Shown: positions 55,262 through 64,000 of the stretch, in pieces
Layout of the letters: each line of letters starts with the position of its first letter
Numbering within the stretch: the stretch's first letter is position 1
Assembly (NCBI RefSeq): GCF_009914755.1
Contig: NC_060927.1
Source: the human T2T-CHM13v2.0 reference genome, Homo sapiens
Length of the DNA stretch: 64,000 bases
Direction: 5' to 3' (one strand)
The notes under the pieces: model-generated
Databases searched by the model: none
What the model saw: only the letters and a program-made list of their open reading frames with translations
What the model was told of the DNA's origin: nothing
Translations under genes and position numbers: made by a program

Positions 55262-55387
55262 CTGTTAAAAAATTAAATATAATTTTCAAAAAGTCTCCTT
55301 GCTGTATTGCACTAAATTTCCATAACATAGACTTGATCTGTTCCAAGAAATACCCAACGAATGGGAAATAACTTAAATCTTGAACTA

Positions 55388-55930
55388 CATGGTGAATTAT
55401 TTTCAAAGATGGCCACAGTAATTCTTCCTATCCCTATAACTATACCTCCTGCCATTTGACTCAGTCAATCTTTCCACCTAGAGGTGGAGTCTGCCTCCTT
55501 CCCCCCTGAAACCAGGATGACCCTGTGACTTACTTTAACCCACAGAATAAGGCCAAAGTGACACTATGTGATTTCTAAGTCTTAACCTTAAAGAACCTTG
55601 CAGCTTCTTCTCTAACCTGCTTTGAACCCTGAGATTATTACGCTGTCGAGTAAGCCTAGATAAGCTTTCTTGAGGATAAGACTATCCTCAATATAGTCTA
55701 TATGGTAGTGGGTGTCGGGGGCGGTTCCCCAGGCAACTATTCCAGCTGTTTCATCCATCTGAGCTGAGGCCTCAGACATATGAATGAAGGCATATTGCCC
55801 CCATTGATGACTGCACCCCACAGAGCAGACCACAAACCAGCTAAGCCTAGTCTCAACTGCCACAGAATTATAAACAAATAAAGGGCTGTTATTCAAAAGT
55901 TTGTTATGTAGAAATTGATAAGCAAACTGG
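55388..55930 (+). mobile_element. MLT1G/H-type LTR
   Basis: AAAGATGGCCACA...AGAGGTGGAGTC...CCCTGTGACTTACTTTAACC. Confidence 0.75.
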
Positions 55931-57180
55931 AATGTCATTTCCACATGTTCCTGCATAATTCATATAAGGTGAAATCTATCTATCCACTAAACTCCTAAAC
56001 TAAACTGCTTTAGTCTAGTCCTGCAGACTTAGTGATTTTCACAGGGTCAGTACTAAATCAGAACTGGTCCACAATACATGGTATTTCCAAAGGAACTACT
56101 AACAAAAATCTGGCACTTTATGAGATACTAATACATTTTGACAGTACAATGTAAGATTTTATAGCAATTTTTTTTTAAAGATCAAGAGAGTTTAGTATGT
56201 TTGGGAGAATACTGCATATATAGAAACCTAAACATATGTTTTTATTACCTCAACTTGGTATTAAGCTTGTTTCTTCTTCATGAAAACATTTGTCAATATA
56301 AAAGGGAAATTTAATACTTTCAAAGTTCAGGTAATTCAATCTTTCCACACTAATATATATTAAACTACCTCACACTCAATGTTGTGTATGAACAAAAATA
56401 TTTTATTCTACTTATACAATGCCATTTACTCTTAAGAGTTCCTTGATTTGCTTCCTCAAGTATATTTTATGCCCCTTGAAATCAGCCTATTACCTGAAAG
56501 CCATATCAGTAAATAAATAACAAGGACATATTTAAGAATCAGAATAAGGAACTTAGGCCAGGATTACAGGAAATTACATCACGTTTTGAACCAATATTAA
56601 TTCATAGTTTCATTTATTTATATATTCTCATAAAATAAACCTAAAGTTTAATATTTTCATATTTTTACATTAAAAACATAAGACTTTCTAAAAATTGTTG
56701 GCAGATCATTTTCCACCTGTGTACCCTACTTTAAAGACCACTGATTTTAAAAATAACATTTTGGTCTCAGTGCAATATTATAAAATTAGATTTTATAATA
56801 TAAAATAAAATGATCTTCATTATATTCCTTATTTCAGATCCCCTTTAAACCAGCTGCTTCTGAAAGAAGTCATATAACTTGTTAAATTAAATATAACCAG
56901 TGACACTATTCACAATGTCTTTCCTTTTAGCATAAGCAAAGGAGGATGGAAGAAAACAAAAACAGAGCAGAAGGAAAATGAATATATTCAAATCTGCTAA
57001 TGAAAGCAGAAAATTCAAATGGATGCTCAGATCATTTTTCTTATAGAACACACTTCGTTTTCTCCTTATGCTACTGGAAATTGTTACATGGAATTTTCCA
57101 ACTACTGTCAGATATACTACCCTTCTAGAAATTTAACTAGACCCTCTCTGCCACTCCTAGAAAATTGAATTTTAGGTTAC

Positions 57181-57461
<281 letters not shown>

Positions 57462-57829
57462 TGGGTTACTTCTTTATAAAAAAATAAAGGCTGTTTCCTT
57501 CTCCCTGGAAGGTACAGCAAGAACTCCAGGTAGGAGAGCAAAGACTTTTTTTTTTTTTTAATGGCTCCCTACATCTTACCACAAATATTTTCATTCACTC
57601 TCTCTAATGGACCAGCGGTGATACTTTTAAGTTCACATGTCTCTTTTCTGTCCATATTGTCATTGTTTATATACATATGAAAAACACATATAAATTATTT
57701 CCTTTCAAAGCATCAGCCCTTCAAAGAGACTACATACTTTTAAAACAATAACTACTGAGAAAATAGTATCTTGCTTTAAAGTAGTGTGGTATTCCCAAGT
57801 AACAAATAGCCACTTGTTTTAATCCTTAC

Positions 57830-57943
57830 CTCAAATTTTTCAGGAACATGAAGTTTAGGAGATGGAACTCCTACAAGGTAGTCAATTGTAACCATTATTA
57901 CTATTGTGAGAAATACAGCAAAATCACTGATTGTCGATCGCAC
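57830..57943 (-). CDS. SLC4A7: SLC4A7 exon (114 nt; VRSTISDFAVFLTI...VPEKFE)
   Basis: AG/GT boundaries; conserved SLC4 ISDFAV motif. Confidence 0.97.
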
Positions 57944-58337
57944 CTATGTTAAAGGGATTATGTTAATATAAACACAGAAATACTATGTGTTCTTTCTAAA
58001 TAATTCACATCTTTTATTGATAAAATTGTCACTACAACGTACAAATGGAGCTTTTAACTAGTGACAATGTTAACAGTGAAACACATTTATATTTAATTCT
58101 TTCCAAAAATATAAGAAACACATTTCGCAACTAACCTAGCAACTCTTATGGTACCATCATCTTCCTACTGTGAGCTCAGGCACGTAATATACATTTTTCA
58201 CTATGAATAATTTCTTTATTAACCAGTTGGCATGGAGTATTAACCTCAAAAAATATATTACTGTTTTGAAATAAACCAAGGAAATAAAAACCAAAAATAT
58301 GAATATTACCAGAATTCCAAAATTATATCACAGTTAC

Positions 58338-58499
58338 CTTGGTAGGAAAGTAACGCTTGGTCTTAAATTGCTTGAGGAATGAAGACAGAAAAAATGTTGT
58401 GAAAAACAAGATGACACACCAAAAGAGCACATCTGGAATATAAGGTCCATGATGACCACAAGCTGACCCCAAGAATACACCACGAAGTTTTTTACATTC
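58338..58499 (-). CDS. SLC4A7: SLC4A7 exon (162 nt; ECKKLRGVFLGSAC...KRYFPTK)
   Basis: TTTTTTCCAG acceptor, AAG|GTAACT donor, 54 open codons. Confidence 0.97.
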
Positions 58500-59576
58500 C
58501 TGGAAAAAAGGAGAAAGAAAAAGCAGAATGGGGGATTCTTACGTATTCAATAAATTATTATGAGCTTCATTGACTCGTAAGATGCAACTGATTGTAAGAG
58601 GCACCATTACTTTGTATTCCTTATAAAGAAAAAACATTGTCCAGCCAACTATAACACACTAACAACTAATTGTAATACATATCCTGAGTTCAAGATATTA
58701 TAATTTGAAAAATACGTGCATCTCAAATCACTAAAATACAGTATTTTGCCAAGTCACTTCAAATACTCCTTTCTTTCAATTCCATATTCCCTATACTGAA
58801 AGCCTTGTAGTGAGTATTATTTGTGAAATGTTTCTTCTGCATTCTTGCTTGTCCACAATTTTACCGCTTTTCGTTTCTGAACAAGTGGTTTAAAACAAAA
58901 GCAGCAGATAGAAAATTAATACTATGCTCTTTTATGATGCTGGATAAGAGATGGCTACAGTACCTAAATTAAAATCAGTAATAAAAATTGTCTTTAGCTT
59001 TTCTGACTTGATTCAGTACCTTCAGACTAAAAGCACAGGGACCATAAGCAGTAAAATGACCGTTAAAATATTTCCATTAATAAAATCAGTAACGTAATAA
59101 TATAGCATAATAAAATGCAATTATAGAAACTACTGACTTCATTTTCCTTTAGGGAAAAAAAAAAAAAACTGAAAGGCAATCAGAGATTAATAGAAGCACA
59201 TGCCACTAAAGTTCTCCTTTTTCTTACTTATAATCTAATGAAGCTCATTTTAACAAAACAAGTCAGTTGTACCCAAAGAAAAATAGTTAAATGTTCCATT
59301 ATTTTCACATGCCATGTGCTGAGATTAGTAAACCTAATCCATTCCATGGATCATGAAAATAAAAGCTATACCATTACCAGAAAAACAAAAAAACCCACCC
59401 TGCATGGCCCTTTGGGATAACATGAAAACACTTATATCTATATATCAAGACATCTGACCCATCATGAAATGAATTATTTGTAACAAATCACTTTCATTTG
59501 AACACCTCTATTAACTACACCTCTTCCTTAACAAAAATGACTTTTTAAATATAAAATAGTAAAGCATGAATCTATG

Positions 59577-59869
59577 TTTTTTCTTTTATTTGTTTTTAGA
59601 GACAGGGTCTCATTCTGTCGCCCAGGCTGGTGAGCAGTGATGCTATCACAGCTCACTGTAATCTCCAACTCCTGGGCTCAAGTGATTCTCCCTCCTTAGC
59701 CTCCCAGTAAGTTAGCTACAGGCGCGAGTCACCATACCAGGGTAATTTTTTAATTTTTGTAGAGATGGTGCCTTGCTATGTTGCCCAGGCTGGTCTCTAA
59801 CTCCTGGCCTCTAGCAATACTCCTGCCTTGTCCTCCCAGAGTGCTATGGTGTGAACCACCATGCTTGGC
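59577..59869 (-). mobile_element. AluJ
   Basis: Diverged reverse Alu. Confidence 0.9.
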
Positions 59870-59888
59870 AATTTTTACTGCTTTAAAT

Positions 59889-60090
59889 CAGCACTGCCCA
59901 ATAGATATATTAGATGATGCAGATAATGTAACATTTCCATCACAGAAATAATGGAAATACAGGAGCCAGCAGTCACATGAATTGACTGAACACCTGAAAT
60001 GTGGCTAGTTAACTGAAAAACTAAACTTTTAATTAATCTTAAGTTTAAATAGACACACGTGGCTAATGGCTACTGTATTGGACAATACAG
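59889..60090. mobile_element. MER3/MER33-like hAT MITE
   Basis: CACTGCCCAATAG...GAAATGTGGCTAGT...TGGCTACTGTATTGGACA. Confidence 0.75.
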
Positions 60091-60909
60091 TCTTAAATTA
60101 TCAGTGGGATAAAATTTCAGATAATATCCTTCAAATTATATAGTTAGGAACTATCACCTTTAGTGAGAAAGGAATGACCTACAGTTACTTATATGATATA
60201 AAAAGCACAACGGTAGCTCAAGGGATCTTAGTCTTAATTCTAACTACTGGCAAACTTTACATATTTATTTCTAACTCCCAGGCTTGGAAATGTCAAAAAT
60301 AAATATTCTAGGATTAGGACAATACTCCCCCAACAGAACACAAACATCTGTAATAGTATTCAGCACACAGTAGGTGTTCATTACATGTTTTTAATTCTTT
60401 TTCCTTTCTCTTCCCTTAATGTTCGACCCAGACTAGTCTTGATGAGTTAGACAAGGTTAACTTAGACATTAGGACATTAACACAGCACTTCATGATCTAA
60501 ATTAGCTGTCGATGGAGCAGATGAACAGATAAAAAGGCAGGACAAGTGGATATAAAATATTGTAAAGGACAGTATATGTAGCCACAGTCCCAGTAAACAC
60601 TTCCTTTGAACGTATCAATCTAAGTAGAATTAGAAAACAGAAGTATATTCACATCTTTATACTGTTCATATCTTGGAAGTCAAATATAATCCACCTTTAT
60701 CTCTCGTGCCAGTTTCATTCTTTTCAGCCTACACTTTCGAGCGCATGATACATAAAAAAGTAGCAACTGCTATCTGGTCAAAATAACACTACATTCTGAA
60801 AACATACTACCGATCCATCAATCAAGAGAAAATGGATGTCTGATTAGAAAAAGCTAAAAGAACCAGATCAATATCTATTACAAAACCCTTTATTTCAAAA
60901 TATACTCAC

Positions 60910-61015
60910 AGAAACAGTAAGATTTCTCCAGGAAATATTGTGTGCTGTTATATTATCTTTCTTCCATTGTGCTAGAGTTTCATTGCTGGGATTTGGAGGT
61001 TCAGTACATACACAT
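60910..61015 (-). CDS. SLC4A7: SLC4A7 exon (106 nt; CVCTEPPNPSNETLAQWKKDNITAHNISWRNLTVS), extracellular loop 3
   Basis: CTCAG acceptor, GTGAGT donor; CxC plus four N-glycosylation sequons (NET, NIT, NIS, NLT). Confidence 0.96.
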
Positions 61016-62544
61016 CTGAGAAATTAGAGTAGGATACATTTTTAAGGATCCTGAATTTCATGCTTACATTTTACTAAATCAATTATACAATGTGGTAGAT
61101 TTTAACTTCTTTTTTTCCCACATTGAGAAGCATGGAGACTAGAAAGTGGAAAATACATCAGAAACAACAGAATGGAATAAAGTTTGGGTTATAGAAATAA
61201 AATAAAACCAATACAAATATCAAAACGTTTAGTTAATGAAGCTAGTTATGTCCTTGGTGAGGGCACTATTTTACTTAAAAATCTAAGATGATTCCACCAT
61301 GTTTAGCAAGATTAGTCTCCACTAAAGCTTATCTACTCAACCTCCATAGCAGTTACTGCTGTCTCCCTCCACTCCCCCATAGCACATATAGATTCCCAAT
61401 AAGTTATACTACCATTAATTCTTTATAACTGACAAGCCCTACCTACTCACAGTCACCCTTTGTTGATCTTAAGGCTCATTCTTAAAGAAATAAATAAAAA
61501 ATAGTTTCTCATCAGGACAGGACTAGGAGAGTCATAAGGAAATCAGAGTTCAGTTCATATCCAGAACTATTTCAACTACCTAAAGCTAGAACACACGTAA
61601 GCAAAGAAACTTTTAAATACGGACTTAAAAGATGAAAAGTAATAATCATGAATGTTCCAAACTAGGTTATGAACTGTTTGAGGAAAGGCAAGAAGACAGA
61701 CTTTGGAGTCCATCCAGGCGCCTTTAGTAGATGACTGACCTCCAAGTTTTAACCTCCAAGGCCATCAGCTTCTTCATACACAAAAGGGGCTATGATGTGA
61801 ATAAGTAACACTACAAATATAAATTTATAATATAAATTAGGCAACACTCCTAACACAGTGCCTGCAGACGCTCATAGAATGTTGGCCAAATAAATGTAAT
61901 TCACATGTTAATTACCCAGTTAACCAGAAGGAAACACTGCTCTAACTGGCTGACACTAACTATAAAAGTCACGCTTTATAAAGGTCAAAGAAGCAAAAGG
62001 CAAGGAAAGAAAGATTTAAAAAATGTGTTTAAATTAAAGCTTCTAAGAGGAATGAAGATAGTATATAACAGATTCGGCATCATAGTGTCACTAGTATATT
62101 CAAATAGGTCAATGTCTTCCAGGAATTTTCATACCCTCTTTATTCTGTCCGTCAAAGTTGAGAGTGTGCAAGGAAAGGCAGCGGGGGAAGAACGAATGAA
62201 CAAAAGAGGGAAGTACATGTATCTGGGGCTTAGGTGGGTAGAAAAAGAAAAACTGTATCCTTTTGTGTCTTTTGGTAACCATATTTTTCCCTATAAATCA
62301 ATCAAATGCAGTTCCATATTTACGCCAAGCGTGACTGCTAAAGACAGCAAATAAAGGCATCTACTTAAATATGTCTACTTTTAAAAGCCTATTTTACACT
62401 TATTGAATATACTTGCCAAACTTTTGTAACCACTACACATTCCTTTTCAAATCCTACTTTATTCTAGAATTTAAAAAGATTTTCATTGCACTTTTTTTTT
62501 TATCAAAACGAAAACACATATTGAATGTACTGAAATAACTTTCA

Positions 62545-62857
<313 letters not shown>

Positions 62858-63280
62858 TCAAGCTTCAACAATATTAATGAAGATGCAAAATTTGAAAAAT
62901 ATATAAAAAAAAGTCTACATTCTATTATACATCTAGGATTTAAAGAATATAAGATCCAATGTAATAATTGCCTGATTCAAATATATAGTGGATCAGTTGC
63001 CAAATTTAAACTGGCCAATCCAATTCAAACAGAAGACCAAAACATACACATGTGAATAAGCTATCTCAGTGAACAAAAAATACTGAATTTGATCAACTAT
63101 ATTTTTGTTCATTGAATGCTGTGACAAAATCTCATCTGAAACAACCATGTCACTATCACATGGCTAGTTAAGTAGTTATAGCTAGTTACACTATCACACT
63201 GCAAAAAAAATTCATTTTCTGAGGCTCTGACATCTCTGTAAAAACACATTTTAATATTAGGAGAAAAGAGAAATACTTAC

Positions 63281-63526
63281 GAGTAGCTGGTCAGTTTATC
63301 TAAGTTGTTGTGCATATTAAATGCATATGTTTCTCCTAAATCAAAGAGCTTCTCCAAAGCCTCGTAGATGAATATGATGCAAATAAGGGCTGCAAAAGCC
63401 TCTTCTGTAAATCGAGTAATATAACACACAAGGCTGCTTGCATCTGTTGCAACCAAAACAATGCACAAAAAAGAAGTCCACAGACCAATACTGGTTCTTA
63501 AAGACAGATAAGAAAGTTGATAATCT
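63281..63526 (-). CDS. SLC4A7: SLC4A7 coding exon (246 nt; DYQLSYLSLRTSIGLW...NNLDKLTSY)
   Basis: TTTCTAAACAG acceptor, TC|GTAAGT donor; SLC4 motif VCYITRFTEEAFAALICIIFIYEA; phase matches the next exon. Confidence 0.97.
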
Positions 63527-64000
63527 CTGTTTAGAAAGAAAAATATGAATATGATAAACATATGTGGAATAGTATTTGTACCTAAAATTTTTCATTGCAA
63601 GCAATGGGAACAGCAAGAAAACACGATTCCTAAAAGAGAATGAATTACAGAATGACAAAATAACATCTAGAAATAACTCTATATCTTTTTCTGCTTCGGC
63701 TGAAGACTAGCTTATTAGTAGATTTATTATTAATAAATTAATTAGTATTAATTATTAATAGTTTATTACACTTATATAAAAGATTTACAGTGAAAATCTA
63801 CCAGGCGATAAATATTTCAAAATCATTACAGCTCACTTTATAAATCAGTTATGAGTAAATGACAGGTATGGTGTCTATATGAAAAAACAATTGCATCTTA
63901 CTCCCTCTAAAGATCCAGACGTCATATGTATCAATACAGTAACCAGCTCCAACATCATTACCATCACTACCACTACCCTCCTCTCCCACCATTATCACCA

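Noticed and set aside
61905-62354. 149-aa + strand ORF in an SLC4A7 intron
   Set aside because: No recognisable homology, promoter or splice context; most likely chance, though not tested by search.
63341-63658. 105-aa alternative-frame ORF over an SLC4A7 exon
   Set aside because: Starts in the intron at a non-ATG codon; the other frame carries the SLC4 motifs.

Overview
Primate (most likely human chr3p24.1) genomic DNA with two tandem minus-strand genes. The right half (about 32870-64000) holds the last 12 exons of SLC4A7 (NBCn1, Na+/HCO3- cotransporter). These encode the membrane domain, the glycosylated extracellular loop 3, the 108-nt cassette III exon and the ETSL PDZ ligand, followed by a ~4 kb Alu-free 3'UTR. 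About 3.2 kb past its poly(A) site is the CpG-island promoter of NEK10, with a non-coding exon 1 and four coding exons (13075 down to 4425); NEK10 continues off the left edge. All exon boundaries were read by hand and give continuous reading frames. Introns contain about 22 Alus plus L1, L2, MIR, MaLR LTRs and DNA-transposon relics. I see no evidence of a wholly new gene system, and nearly all supplied ORFs are repeat-derived or chance. The best leads are: stacked uORFs at the NEK10 start codon; phase-compatible SLC4A7-NEK10 read-through splicing; an RFX/CRE/phased-CCAAT promoter; a GC-AG intron; an Alu with an 81-bp target duplication that forms a tight inverted Alu pair; a templated insertion inside a MER20; a MADE1/miR-548-type hairpin; and fold-back hairpins at Alu tails. 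Gene names and repeat subfamilies come from recognition, not database searches.
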